Positions 1 through 8,768 of a stretch of DNA of 18,416 nt are shown here, piece after piece. The translations under genes and the position numbers were made by a program. The notes below the pieces were generated by a model. The model had not been told where the DNA came from. It saw only the letters and a program-made list of their open reading frames with translations, and did no database searches. This DNA is from an uncultured virus (IMG/VR IMGVR_UViG_2061766007_000510) (taxonomy: Duplodnaviria; Heunggongvirae; Uroviricota; Caudoviricetes), in IMG/VR virus record IMGVR_UViG_2061766007_000510. One strand, written 5' to 3'. Each line of letters opens with the position of its first letter. The stretch's first letter is position 1.

Positions 1-4
1 TTTT

Positions 5-190
5 TTATACAAGCCCTTTCTTGATTGCCTCTGTCGCCTCGCGGATGGCCTTGGAGTTCTCCTCCATAACCTCGCAGTAGTGCTTGAGGGACTTGTTGAG
101 TTCCGCGAGCATTTCGCCCACGGTCTCCATATTGTTGTTCAGTTGCGCCGTGGCGCGCTGTTCCCCGACTGTCGGCCCTGCAAATGCCAT
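5..190 (-). CDS. Small hypothetical coiled-coil protein (61 aa)
   Basis: GGAGG RBS; translationally coupled to the upstream gene's stop at 192; heptad-like sequence. Confidence 0.75.
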   Translation of the reverse strand: MAFAGPTVGEQRATAQLNNNMETVGEMLAELNKSLKHYCEVMEENSKAIREATEAIKKGLV

Positions 191-191
191 A

Positions 192-569
192 CTATGCCTC
201 CTTCAGTTCTTCTTCGGTGATGGTGATTTCGTAGTAGAGGCCGCAGTCGGACTCAATCCTGACCTGACCGCCTGCCTTGCGGATGAGTTCGCTGATGCCT
301 TCCCTAGAGTAGGTCTCCTCGGCCTCCTCACGCTCCTTCTCGGTGTCGGCCAACTCGTCCCAGTTGCCCCAGGACTCTTCCGAGTCGCTTCCCTTGAAGT
401 AAGCGTGCTCGCAGTACATCCACTGGACAATCTCCTCCATCTCCGCGATGGCAGCCTTCTCTGCCGCCGCGCGGTTGGAGTAAGCCCCGAGCACGAAGTT
501 CTCTCCATCTTCGCCCTCGTTGGAATGGTCCTCGACCAAGACCACGTAAATTTTTTTCTGATCTGCCAT
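192..569 (-). CDS. Acidic hypothetical phage-type protein (paralog of 3668-3982)
   Basis: GGAG RBS, start MADQKKIYVV; motif VLGAYSNRAAAEKAA; repeat 30 nt upstream. Confidence 0.85.
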   Translation of the reverse strand: MADQKKIYVVLVEDHSNEGEDGENFVLGAYSNRAAAEKAAIAEMEEIVQWMYCEHAYFKGSDSEESWGNWDELADTEKEREEAEETYSREGISELIRKAGGQVRIESDCGLYYEITITEEELKEA

Positions 570-656
570 ATTGCAATCTCCTATTTTGGTAATTAACATA
601 TCAGCCACCGGGACATCCCGGCTTGCCCCCCGTCCACCCCCGGTGGGTACGGGTGG

Positions 657-986
657 CTACTGGCGGGTCTCCAGGAGGTGCTCCACCAGTTCGTTCCTCA
701 TACAGTCGTCCGCGACCCCGGCCCTCTTGAAGAAGGCATAGATGTCGAGCAGTTCCGGGATGCTGAACCCGGCAAAGCACTCGCGGATGAAGGCGCACCC
801 GGCGTCCGATGCGTTGGCGACGTCGATGGTCTTCGCCGGGAGCACCTCGGTGAACCCATCGTATGTCTTCCCGGACACGCCGCACTCCTCCCTGAACCAG
901 TCCATCTTCGCGTTCTCGGTCAGCCTGTCCAGCAAGTACCATTCGCGTTCCGTGATTTCTACTTTCTCGTTTCCCTTGTTAGCCAT
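657..986 (-). CDS. Hypothetical protein (109 aa)
   Basis: GGAGG RBS; fills the space between two repeat copies. Confidence 0.85.
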   Translation of the reverse strand: MANKGNEKVEITEREWYLLDRLTENAKMDWFREECGVSGKTYDGFTEVLPAKTIDVANASDAGCAFIRECFAGFSIPELLDIYAFFKRAGVADDCMRNELVEHLLETRQ

Positions 987-1061
987 AGTAGCCTCCTGTT
1001 TTCTATAAAAAATATACGAGACCGGGGAGCACCGGCGTGCCCCCCGTCCTCACCCGGTGGA

Positions 1062-1397
1062 CTAGTACCAGGAAAGCCTGAGCCATCCGTCGTCGGTCTC
1101 GTCCTCGTCGAGCCAGCGCTGGAAGGTACTGATGACGTACTTTTTCGTCCATCCGTCATCCTTGCTTGCCCCCCAGCCTTTCGCCTTCTTGTTGAACTCC
1201 TTTGCGGGCATCTTCTTCAAGGACGCGACCATCTTCTCGAAATCGTACTTGTTGATTTCCCATAGGTCATCGTTCTCGAAGTCTCCTCCCAGTCCAAAGT
1301 CCTCGAACATGCTGATGAGAAAATCTTCCCCATAGCTGAACGAGCAACCGCCGTATTCGGGCTCGTATTTCGTGATGTTGTGTGCGCGGCTTGCCAT
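1062..1397 (-). CDS. Acidic hypothetical protein (111 aa)
   Basis: AAGGAG RBS before MASRAH; stop abuts the repeat ending at 1060. Confidence 0.85.
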   Translation of the reverse strand: MASRAHNITKYEPEYGGCSFSYGEDFLISMFEDFGLGGDFENDDLWEINKYDFEKMVASLKKMPAKEFNKKAKGWGASKDDGWTKKYVISTFQRWLDEDETDDGWLRLSWY

Positions 1398-1477
1398 AGC
1401 AGTCTCCTTTGTTGTTGTTGATATGGGTATCAGCCACCGGGGCATCCCGGCTTGCCCCCCGTCCTCTCCCGGTGGGC

Positions 1478-1903
1478 CTAGCCGAGGTCGTCCAGAATGT
1501 CCTTGTATTCGTCCCAGACGCGCTGTGCCTCCTGATTAAGCCAGCGGGCGTCCTTCTTGGTGGGGAACACCTCGCTGTCGGTATCGTCCACCTCTTCCGT
1601 ATCGAGGTCATAGGGCATGTAGAAATCCTCGTACCCGCTAATCCCGGCTGTACCGCTGGCATACCCGATTTTCGCACAGATACGCCAAGTGCCGTCGGCA
1701 TACTTGGTATGCTTCGGGGCCTCGTCGAAGCCGTCCCCCCAGCCCACGACGATGTAGAGGCCGGTTCCCATTTCCGTCTCGGCGACCTTGTGCCAATATA
1801 CGGCGTTGCTCTTGGTTCCGTCCGGGTTCTCCTTGTCCAGACTGGCGATTACGTCAGCGAGCCATTCGCTCGTAATCTTGTTGATAGTATAGCGTTTTCC
1901 CAT
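1478..1903 (-). CDS. Acidic hypothetical protein (141 aa)
   Basis: GGAGG RBS; stop 2 nt from the repeat ending at 1475. Confidence 0.85.
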   Translation of the reverse strand: MGKRYTINKITSEWLADVIASLDKENPDGTKSNAVYWHKVAETEMGTGLYIVVGWGDGFDEAPKHTKYADGTWRICAKIGYASGTAGISGYEDFYMPYDLDTEEVDDTDSEVFPTKKDARWLNQEAQRVWDEYKDILDDLG

Positions 1904-2083
1904 ATTAGCCTCCGTTGTTTGCAGTACACCTATCCGCTACCGGGGCATCCCGGCATACCCCCCGTCCTCTCCCGGTGGACGCTAGGCCTCCAGCCTGACC
2001 GGTACCTGCACTGGCCTTGCGGCAGTCCCTTTGCATACGAAGAAACCCCCCGGCAGTTGCCGGGAGGTTCTTCACGGAGGGTC

Positions 2084-2160
2084 AAAAAAGAATAAAAAAT
2101 TCCGGGAGGCGCCCGTTTGTGTTGTGGCGGGGCTGTGTGTTCCCCTTGGCGCCTCCCGGA
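2084..2160 (-). terminator. Intrinsic terminator with 13-bp stem and large CA-rich loop
   Basis: TCCGGGAGGCGCC (2101-2113) pairs with GGCGCCTCCCGGA (2148-2160); T-tracts follow on the minus strand. Confidence 0.65.
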
Positions 2161-2179
2161 CGGGGCAGGGAGACCCCGG

Positions 2180-2266
2180 TTAGTCCAGTACCTCGTCAAT
2201 TTGGTTGCCGTAGCACCAGTGTCCGTCGTCGAGGCAGATGCAGGAGTATTCTCGGCGGGCGAAGGG
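2180..2266 (-). CDS. 3' fragment of a gene (PFARREYSCICLDDGHWCYGNQIDEVLD*), probably the C-terminus of 3573-3671
   Basis: Read manually; open from the gap to TAA at 2180, followed by a terminator. Confidence 0.65.
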   Translation of the reverse strand, partial: PFARREYSCICLDDGHWCYGNQIDEVLD

Positions 2267-2307
2267 GNNNNNNNNNNNNNNNNNNNNNTTTTTTCCATAG
2301 CAGCCAA

Positions 2308-2350
2308 AGGTTGACTCCCGGTGCGTCCGGGGGTCAACTTTTTTTTATTT
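2308..2350 (+). terminator. Intrinsic terminator
   Basis: AGGTTGACTCC...GGGGTCAACTT hairpin followed by a T-run. Confidence 0.65.
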
Positions 2351-2410
2351 CTGAGGAGACACCGTGGAGTCTGAAGACCCCGGGACTGGACAGGATGGAA
2401 CCGGCGCTGT

Positions 2411-2458
2411 CCACCGGGTGAGAATGTGGGGCATGCCGGGGTGCACCGGTGGCTGATA
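2411..2458 (+). repeat. Degenerate plus-oriented copy of the 48-bp element
   Basis: CCACCGGGTGAGAATGTGGGGCATGCCGGGGTGCACCGGTGGCTGATA, upstream of plus-strand gene 2517. Confidence 0.85.
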
Positions 2459-2516
2459 GGGAGAATGCAAAAGGCTATGTCCAACCAAAATGTTGCTAAA
2501 GCAACGAAGGAGATAA

Positions 2517-2864
2517 ATGATGCTGGCAAAATACATTATTCGAGGAAACAAGAGAAAAAACGCACTTGATGATGAAAAATGGATGAACAAGTGGTTCGCC
2601 GTACATTATAAAAATGCTACGGTTGAGTTCAAGCGAGACTATTATACGAAATATGATGCCCAATATCTTACCGATGCCGGGATGAAATTGCTGTGCAAGA
2701 AAATAGAAAAGGAACTTCCGTTCTATGATGAAATTGACCGAATTGCGGAAGAATACGCCAGTGGCGAACCGGAGGATATTCCTACGTTGGATGATTTGGT
2801 TGATATGGAAGCGAGAAACATTCTTGTAAGTTTTTTCAAATGCCCGGAGCACGATTGGTTTTAG
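2517..2864 (+). CDS. Hypothetical protein (115 aa), AT-richer than its neighbours
   Basis: AAGGAG RBS; ORF track. Confidence 0.8.
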   Translation: MMLAKYIIRGNKRKNALDDEKWMNKWFAVHYKNATVEFKRDYYTKYDAQYLTDAGMKLLCKKIEKELPFYDEIDRIAEEYASGEPEDIPTLDDLVDMEARNILVSFFKCPEHDWF

Positions 2865-2910
2865 CACCACTTTGGGTAGACATAGCCATGCAAAAAGCAA
2901 GGAGACAACT

Positions 2911-3066
2911 ATGGCACGATACGAAATCCCGGTTTCAGTGAACGTTGAGTTCACCATCACGGTAGAGGCTTCCTCGAAGGCCGAGGCAAGGGAAATCGCC
3001 GAGGAAAGGGCTTACACCGAGTACCTGACGGCGGACCCGGACGAACTCAACGCGGTGGCCATGTAG
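2911..3066 (+). CDS. Small acidic protein, DpnD/PcfM-like pattern (paralog of 4410-4589)
   Basis: AAGGAG RBS; YEIPVSVNVEFTITVEASSKAEAREIA. Family resemblance judged by eye only. Confidence 0.75.
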   Translation: MARYEIPVSVNVEFTITVEASSKAEAREIAEERAYTEYLTADPDELNAVAM

Positions 3067-3067
3067 C

Positions 3068-3115
3068 CCACCGGGTACGGACGGGGGGCACGCCGGGATG
3101 CACCGGTAGCGTATA
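3068..3115 (+). repeat. Plus-oriented copy of the 48-bp element
   Basis: CCACCGGGTACGGACGGGGGGCACGCCGGGATGCACCGGTAGCGTATA, 1 nt after the TAG at 3066 and 32 nt before the ATG at 3147. Confidence 0.95.
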
Positions 3116-3146
3116 TCCGTGACGAACCTTAAACCAGGAGACTGCT

Positions 3147-3562
3147 ATGAAGAACTTTGACCCCAAGACCACCCTCGCCGCCGCCAAGCCCGAAGAAATC
3201 CGCGACTGGGCTATCGCCTGTCTCGAGAAGAAACTCGCCGCCTGTGTCGAAGACACCACCAAGCGCTTCGCCGCGTGGAAGGACGAGGAAATCAAGGCCG
3301 CGCTCGGCAAGCGCGACCAGAAGAAGCTCGCGGACGGCAAACTCACTATCGAGGACGCCCGCGATATTCTCGTCCAGAAGGACTGCAAGGGCGACATCGC
3401 GGACAACGAGAAGGCCATTGCCGACATCAAGGCCGCCTTCTCGAGGGAACTTCCCAAGACTATCCACATCGACGTGGAATGGAAGAGGAGCGCCACCTGG
3501 GGCTTCAACCCGAAGGCCGACGTCTGGGCCGACGGCTACTCTGCTTCCGAGTTCATCGGCGG
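3147..3562 (+). CDS. Hypothetical protein, 3' end lost in gap
   Basis: AGGAG RBS; strong GC3 codon bias up to the gap. Confidence 0.85.
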
Positions 3563-3572
3563 NNNNNNNNNN

Positions 3573-3671
3573 TTCCTCGATACTTTCCACGGTGGCGACC
3601 TTAGGGTCTTCCGAGCCCCAGCCGCCACGGTAGCGCACCTTGCTGCCGACCTTGATTACCTTGCTGCTCAT
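3573..3671 (-). CDS. 5' fragment of a small phage-type protein (MSSKVIKVGSKVRYRGGWGSEDPKVATVESIEE)
   Basis: ATGA overlap with the upstream gene's stop; SH3-like KVGSKVRY start; runs into the gap. Confidence 0.7.
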
Positions 3672-3982
3672 ACCACTTCCTCCTCGTCGATGTTCCATTC
3701 GCACCACGTACCCGAGCTGTCCACGTTGATGCTGGACGCCTTCCGGGCTTCGGCTAAGGTCATCCCCTCGGCGGTTTCCCCGTCGATTTCGTCGATGGCG
3801 TCGGTAATCTTGCCGTCCTCGATGCCTCCGCAGGCTTTCAGGTAGTCCTCGATGTTTGCCGCGCAAGCCTTTTCCGCCTTCTTCTGTGTGGAGAAGACTC
3901 CGATGATGGACATACCGCCGTCGTCGTGCCTGTCCTCGAAGCGATAACTCGCCACCCATACCTTCTGTTTCTTCGTTGCCAT
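3668..3982 (-). CDS. Acidic hypothetical protein (104 aa; paralog of 192-569)
   Basis: AAGGAGG RBS; IIGVFSTQKKAEKA motif. Confidence 0.85.
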   Translation of the reverse strand: MATKKQKVWVASYRFEDRHDDGGMSIIGVFSTQKKAEKACAANIEDYLKACGGIEDGKITDAIDEIDGETAEGMTLAEARKASSINVDSSGTWCEWNIDEEEVV

Positions 3983-4057
3983 ATCAGCCTCCTTGTTGGC
4001 AATTACCATATACGCTACCGGGGAGCACCGGCTTGCCCCCCGTCCTTTCCCGGTGGG

Positions 4058-4330
4058 CTACGAGAAGGTAGACCAGTCCACCGACCAGCCGTCGATTTCC
4101 GCGTCTACTCCCGGTTCCTCCTCGGGGAAGTCATAGGAATACTCGTCGAACAGCAGGGGGAAGATGCCTTCCATCGTGCCGTCATTGTCCAGCGCGCGTG
4201 CGACGGACTCGGGAACGCCGTGCAGGGTGTAGTCGTTGCACTCCATGAACTCACCGGTCTCGCCGTCATAGAGACGGACGGTCAGTTCGACCTCGCCAGT
4301 CTTTTCCACGTTGTTATTCTGTTCTGCCAT
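4058..4330 (-). CDS. Extremely acidic small protein (90 aa)
   Basis: AAGGAGG RBS; D/E-rich with few K/R; lies between two repeats. Confidence 0.85.
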   Translation of the reverse strand: MAEQNNNVEKTGEVELTVRLYDGETGEFMECNDYTLHGVPESVARALDNDGTMEGIFPLLFDEYSYDFPEEEPGVDAEIDGWSVDWSTFS

Positions 4331-4409
4331 ATCAGCCTCCTTGTTGGCAATTAACATATACGCTACCGGGGAGCACCGGCGTGCCCCCCGTCCTATCCCG
4401 GTGGGTAGC

Positions 4410-4589
4410 CTATGCACGCTCCACGTTGCTTACGGTGGAATCTACCCCGACTCCGGTGAGGGCGCAGAACTGTCTTTCGGCCTTCTCGCGGGCCATCTCG
4501 ATTGCGGTGTCGCGGTCTACGGCAGATACCTGCACGTCCACGCTGAAGTTGATGTCCACGGTCACCGTGTATTTCTGTTTCGTTGCCAT
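4410..4589 (-). CDS. Small protein (59 aa), DpnD/PcfM-like pattern
   Basis: GGAGG RBS; KYTVTVDINFSVDVQVSAVDRDTAIEMA. Confidence 0.8.
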   Translation of the reverse strand: MATKQKYTVTVDINFSVDVQVSAVDRDTAIEMAREKAERQFCALTGVGVDSTVSNVERA

Positions 4590-4719
4590 ATCAGCCTCCA
4601 TTGTTGTGTCTAATCTATCCTCTACCGGAGCCCTCCGGCTTGCCCCCCGTCCTATCCCGGTGGATAGCCCCGGCAGTTCCCTGTCCAGCCAGAAGGCTGC
4701 CAGAAGACCGCTTTAGGAT

Positions 4720-4754
4720 AAAAAAGGAACCCACGGGGAGTTTCCCGTGGGCTC
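4720..4754 (-). terminator. Intrinsic terminator
   Basis: GAGCCCACGGG-loop-CCCGTGGGTTC followed by CTTTTTT, after the stop at 4777. Confidence 0.75.
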
Positions 4755-4776
4755 GGTGTAGGTTGCAAAGAAAATG

Positions 4777-5604
4777 CTATTCAATGCAGTTGAGGGTGTC
4801 AATGATGAAGTTCAGTTTGTCCTTCGTGAAAGTCCACGTGTAGTTTTCACTCTTGGCTCCGATGTTCTGATGGGCGGGAGTTCCCCATTTTTCCGTGAGG
4901 AAGTCAATGACGCGCTTGGGGGTGAACGCGGAAAACCTGATTTTGAGTGCGTCAGTCCACTTCTTCACCTCGCCACCGAGGCCGACATTGTTGAATCCCG
5001 TCCAAACGATGCAGTACGCATCGTCAATCCAATAGAAACCGAACACGCGCACCTTGTTTGCGTGTATCTTATCCCATCCCGAGTTAGTCGGATAGTCGCG
5101 GGAAAAATCGAAATTTCCGTCAAAGCAAAGGCGCTTGTTCAGTTTCAGGATGGCGTTGTTCAGGCGGTCGGTGTCCACCATGTTGAACATGATATGCAGT
5201 TCCTTGCCGTTCTCATCAAAGATGCGCCCGTCCTTCTTGATGTAGACGCGCTTTCCGTAGAACATGGCGCGGGCCACGTACCCGTCCCTCTCGTAGCGTT
5301 CCACGCTCTCAATGCTGATGAGACCGATGACGCAGGATGGCAGGAACTCGCATACCTCGCTATACTTGGCGAAGTTGCTGATGCCCGTGAAACGCATCTC
5401 GGTGTCCTTCTTCTCGTTCTCGGGGCCCTTCGTGATGATGGCACCATCGTTGGTGCGCTCAATCTCATGGAACCACACGTCACTGATGAGGTGCCCGTCC
5501 GCGTCCATGAGGTTCCAAAGGGTGTCTTCCCTCTTGGCAACCTTGATGTATTCCTTGTCAAAGGGGAGGATGGTGGTGATTTCGTTCAGTTGTGTCTTTT
5601 TCAT
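4777..5604 (-). CDS. Hypothetical protein (275 aa)
   Basis: GGAG RBS; longest gene of the array. The N-terminal WNLMDADGHLISDVWF resembles WG-repeat-like motifs (by eye). Confidence 0.85.
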   Translation of the reverse strand: MKKTQLNEITTILPFDKEYIKVAKREDTLWNLMDADGHLISDVWFHEIERTNDGAIITKGPENEKKDTEMRFTGISNFAKYSEVCEFLPSCVIGLISIESVERYERDGYVARAMFYGKRVYIKKDGRIFDENGKELHIMFNMVDTDRLNNAILKLNKRLCFDGNFDFSRDYPTNSGWDKIHANKVRVFGFYWIDDAYCIVWTGFNNVGLGGEVKKWTDALKIRFSAFTPKRVIDFLTEKWGTPAHQNIGAKSENYTWTFTKDKLNFIIDTLNCIE

Positions 5605-5685
5605 AGCAGTTTCTCCGTGTTGTGCCTAATATATCCGAGACCGGGGCGCACCGGCGTGCCCCCCGTCCTATTCCGGTGGAAAGGA

Positions 5686-6105
5686 TTATTTCGTGATGCT
5701 AATTTCCGTGAGGAGGTGGATTGTCCCGTCCGCCATCTTCACGGCAGTGACCTTTTCCCAGTACATCTCTATGTCGCTGACGAGGCGGTAGCAGATTAGG
5801 CCGCCTTCACGCTTGGCCAATTCGTCCCACGGGGGGATAGAGTCCGCACCGCATCCGACGGGCGAATCGTCGGCTTTCTTGGCCTCCCGTACGGCCTCGT
5901 AGTAATCGTCATAGCCTCCCACAGATAGGGTTCCTTCGGACTTGAAATATCCTTCCACGCCAATGTAGGAGTCCACGATGCGGCTGAACTTGGCGCGCGC
6001 CTCATTCTCCGTCCGGTAAAAATAAACGTTCTCCTGACCCCACTCGTCACGTTCGTAGACGCGGTAGAGAGTAATGACTTCTGCGGTAAGTGTTTTCTTT
6101 TTCAT
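5686..6105 (-). CDS. Hypothetical protein (139 aa)
   Basis: GGAGG RBS before MKKKTLTAE; lies between two repeats. Confidence 0.85.
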   Translation of the reverse strand: MKKKTLTAEVITLYRVYERDEWGQENVYFYRTENEARAKFSRIVDSYIGVEGYFKSEGTLSVGGYDDYYEAVREAKKADDSPVGCGADSIPPWDELAKREGGLICYRLVSDIEMYWEKVTAVKMADGTIHLLTEISITK

Positions 6106-6223
6106 GGTGAGCCTCCGGTGCCAACTATCCGCTACCGGAGCCATCCGGCTTGCCCCCCGTCCTATTCCGGTGGATGGCTCCGGCAGACACCGGCGGCCNN
6201 NNNNNNNNNNNNAAAAGAAAAAT

Positions 6224-6251
6224 AAAAAAGAGGGCCCCATTCGGGGCCCTC
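6224..6251 (-). terminator. Intrinsic terminator
   Basis: GAGGGCCCC-GAAT-GGGGCCCTC followed by TTTTTT. Confidence 0.8.
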
Positions 6252-6269
6252 GGTGCGGGGTTGGTAAAA

Positions 6270-6791
6270 TTACCGGCCAATATCCTTCAGCGTGACCTTC
6301 CTTACGAGGTGCGCCTTCAGCAGGCGTTCGTGCAGTTCCCTCGGGCTGTACTCGTCCTCGTGGCGGGCGATGTACTCCTCGCCCCTATTGGTCACCTTGT
6401 AGACCACGTAGCGGTTCGTGCCGTCATGGTGGCTGCCGTAGAGCACGAGGCCGTCTTCCGGCTCAAGCACCACGCGCAGGCTGTCAACGTCCATGAAGAA
6501 CAGGTCGCCGCCCTTGTTCACGTTCATGAACTTGCCCCCTTCGTGGTGGCCGTCCCAAAGACCCGCGTAGCCCTTGACGAGGCACTTGCCGAGTTTGAAG
6601 CCCCAGCCGTCGTCGTCACGGAAGGACTCCGTTTCCCACTGGTGGAAGTCGTTCACGATGTCCCAGTAGCGCTCGCTGCCCTCCTCGGGAACATCACAGT
6701 CGTTCGCCTCGCAGTGTTCGGCGATTTCTTCCATAGTGACCTCGCGGTCGCTGTCGAAGAGTTCAATTTCTTTCGTTTCGTTCTTTGCCAT
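6270..6791 (-). CDS. Acidic hypothetical protein with GLWDG...HHDGTN motif (173 aa)
   Basis: GGAGG RBS; I recall this motif from phage/ICE hypothetical proteins, function unknown. Confidence 0.85.
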   Translation of the reverse strand: MAKNETKEIELFDSDREVTMEEIAEHCEANDCDVPEEGSERYWDIVNDFHQWETESFRDDDGWGFKLGKCLVKGYAGLWDGHHEGGKFMNVNKGGDLFFMDVDSLRVVLEPEDGLVLYGSHHDGTNRYVVYKVTNRGEEYIARHEDEYSPRELHERLLKAHLVRKVTLKDIGR

Positions 6792-6966
6792 AGTAGCCTC
6801 CGTTGTTGGCAAAAAAATTATCCTAGACCGGTGCATCCCGGCTTGCCCCCCGTCCTATCCCGGTGGGTGGCCGCGGCAGCCCCGGCGCTCCTGCCTCCCG
6901 GGATGTCCCGGCCGCTCCCGGCAGGGCCCCCGGGATGTCCCCGGGAGTCCCCCGATGCGAGCGATG

Positions 6967-7218
6967 CTAGTAGCGGAGCGTGTTCTTGGCGCGGCTGCGG
7001 GGCAGGGTGGCCCGGATGCCCGGCACGTCCTTGATGCTGCCGCACGCCGTCATGTCCTCGGACAGCACGACCACGCCGTACTTCTCGGAGTTCTTCGCCC
7101 AGCGTGCGAGGGCGGCGTTGGTGGACGCCTTCAGTTCCTCCTGCGGCTCGCGGGAGTTCCTGATGCGGGCCTGCGCGTGGGCGAGGGCGGCGAGGGATTT
7201 GGGGTCGATGTTAGCCAT
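6967..7218 (-). CDS. Basic hypothetical protein (83 aa)
   Basis: GGAGG RBS; repeat 28 nt upstream. Confidence 0.8.
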   Translation of the reverse strand: MANIDPKSLAALAHAQARIRNSREPQEELKASTNAALARWAKNSEKYGVVVLSEDMTACGSIKDVPGIRATLPRSRAKNTLRY

Positions 7219-7355
7219 TTTAGCCTCCGTTTCTTACGTTCTCCCTATGCTACACCGGGGCATCCCGGCTTTCCCCCCGTCCTTGCCCGGTGGGAAGCCC
7301 CGGGCTTTGCCTGGTGCAACAGGGACGCCTCCCGGGGTCTCCGGGAGGGATTAGG

Positions 7356-7610
7356 TTATTTTCCGAAAATTGCGGAAAGTAAGCGTCTCGCCCACTTGTC
7401 CATGTATTCGGTAAGGGCGCGGTACTCGGCCTTTGCGTCCGCGATGAGGTTCAACTCGTTCTTGATGATAATTTTCGGGGCGCATATCTCCTTGAGTTTC
7501 GCGAGGCGCGCGATGCGCCTGCCGATTACGGCCTGCACCTTCTCGCGATAGGCCATGCACTCGTCCCAAGTCATAGGTTTGAAGTTTTTCGTGTAGTCTT
7601 TCTTTGCCAT
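7356..7610 (-). CDS. Basic helical hypothetical protein (84 aa), not preceded by the repeat
   Basis: AAGGAG RBS before MAKKDYTK. Confidence 0.8.
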   Translation of the reverse strand: MAKKDYTKNFKPMTWDECMAYREKVQAVIGRRIARLAKLKEICAPKIIIKNELNLIADAKAEYRALTEYMDKWARRLLSAIFGK

Positions 7611-7641
7611 ATTTGACTCCTTTGTTTGGCGTTCTATTATA

Positions 7642-7670
7642 ATTATCGCCACGGAATATGGAAATGTAAA
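7642..7670 (-). promoter_or_regulatory. Sigma70-like promoter
   Basis: TTTACA-N17-GATAAT with AT-rich upstream sequence, 32 nt before the ATG at 7610. Confidence 0.65.
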
Positions 7671-7712
7671 GCGCATAGAGAAAAAAATTTGTAAAAGTGA
7701 ATTTACAAAAAG

Positions 7713-7736
7713 AAAAAATCCCCCCTTTCGGGGGGA
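7713..7736 (-). terminator. Intrinsic terminator
   Basis: TCCCCCC-GAAA-GGGGGGA followed by TTTTTT, right after the stop at 7742. Confidence 0.85.
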
Positions 7737-7741
7737 AACGT

Positions 7742-8229
7742 CTACTTGACGTTGAGGGTGCGCTCCTTCGGGGTCTTCACGAAGAGGTCTCCCACCTTCT
7801 CAACGAGTTCGTCTTCCGTGAGGCCCGCGACCTTCATCGCCTGCGTGGGCGTGAGGCTGCACGTGAACTGAGCCACGTTGATGCCGCACTTATCGGCGAG
7901 GGTCATGGCGGCAGTCACGCTATCCNNNNNNNNNNNNNNNNNNNNNNNNNNTGCGCCTCAAACGAGCAGCACTTAGGCAGGTTCGCCATGTTCGCGAGCA
8001 GGGCGCGCTTGAGAGAGGTCTTGATGCTCTCGACGGCAGCCTCGCACCGCCTCATGTGCTCCCAAAGGTCGCGGATGCCATCGTCCATGCCCGCGAGAGT
8101 GTCGGGGAAGGCAGGGTCGCCCGCGTCCACCGAAGTGATGAACTCGTACACGAGGCGAGCCTTCTCGGTAAGCGCGGGGCTGACCGGAAGATAGTCAAGG
8201 GGAACAATGTCTGTCTTTTTCTTTGCCAT
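7742..8229 (-). CDS. Hypothetical protein spanning an N-gap
   Basis: GGAGG RBS, start MAKKKTD; after the gap an open frame DSVTAAMTLADKCG...RTLNVK* ends at 7742. Confidence 0.75.
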
Positions 8230-8444
8230 AGTAATAACCTCCGTTATCTATCCTATCCGCTACCGGTGCACTCCGGCTTGCCCCCCGTCCTATTCCGGTG
8301 GAAGGCGTCCTCCCGGATGTCCCCGGCAGCCCGAAATGCCGGCACCCCGTTGGGATGTCGGCAGGAAAAAATTAGCATGAGCCCCCGAAGGGGCTAGCCG
8401 CTACCCGTGATAGCCGCCCGTGCGTCCTTCAGTGCCCCTAGCCA

Positions 8445-8768
8445 TCACTTCACCTCCTTCTTCGCGGCCTGCACGGCGCTGTCGGCCTTCTTCTTGATGT
8501 TCGCCTTGGCGGTGGCGACCTCGTCCTTGACGGCCTTCACAACCGCATCCTTCGCCTCGCCCGCCTGCTCGGCAATGGCCTCGCCCGTACCCTTAGCGCC
8601 CTCTACGGCAACGTCCACGACGGTGCTGGCAGCGTCGCCCGCGGTGGCTACCGCCAACTTGCCCGCGGCGCGTGCGGTCTCCGCTGCGGCTGCGCGGCTA
8701 TCGTCCCCGCAACCGACCAAGACGGCGACCGCGAGAACCGGAATGAAACGGAAGAGAATTTTTTTCAT
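8445..8768 (-). CDS. Ala-rich lipoprotein (107 aa)
   Basis: MKKILFRFIPVLAVAVLVG-C lipobox; AGGAG RBS. Confidence 0.85.
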   Translation of the reverse strand: MKKILFRFIPVLAVAVLVGCGDDSRAAAAETARAAGKLAVATAGDAASTVVDVAVEGAKGTGEAIAEQAGEAKDAVVKAVKDEVATAKANIKKKADSAVQAAKKEVK

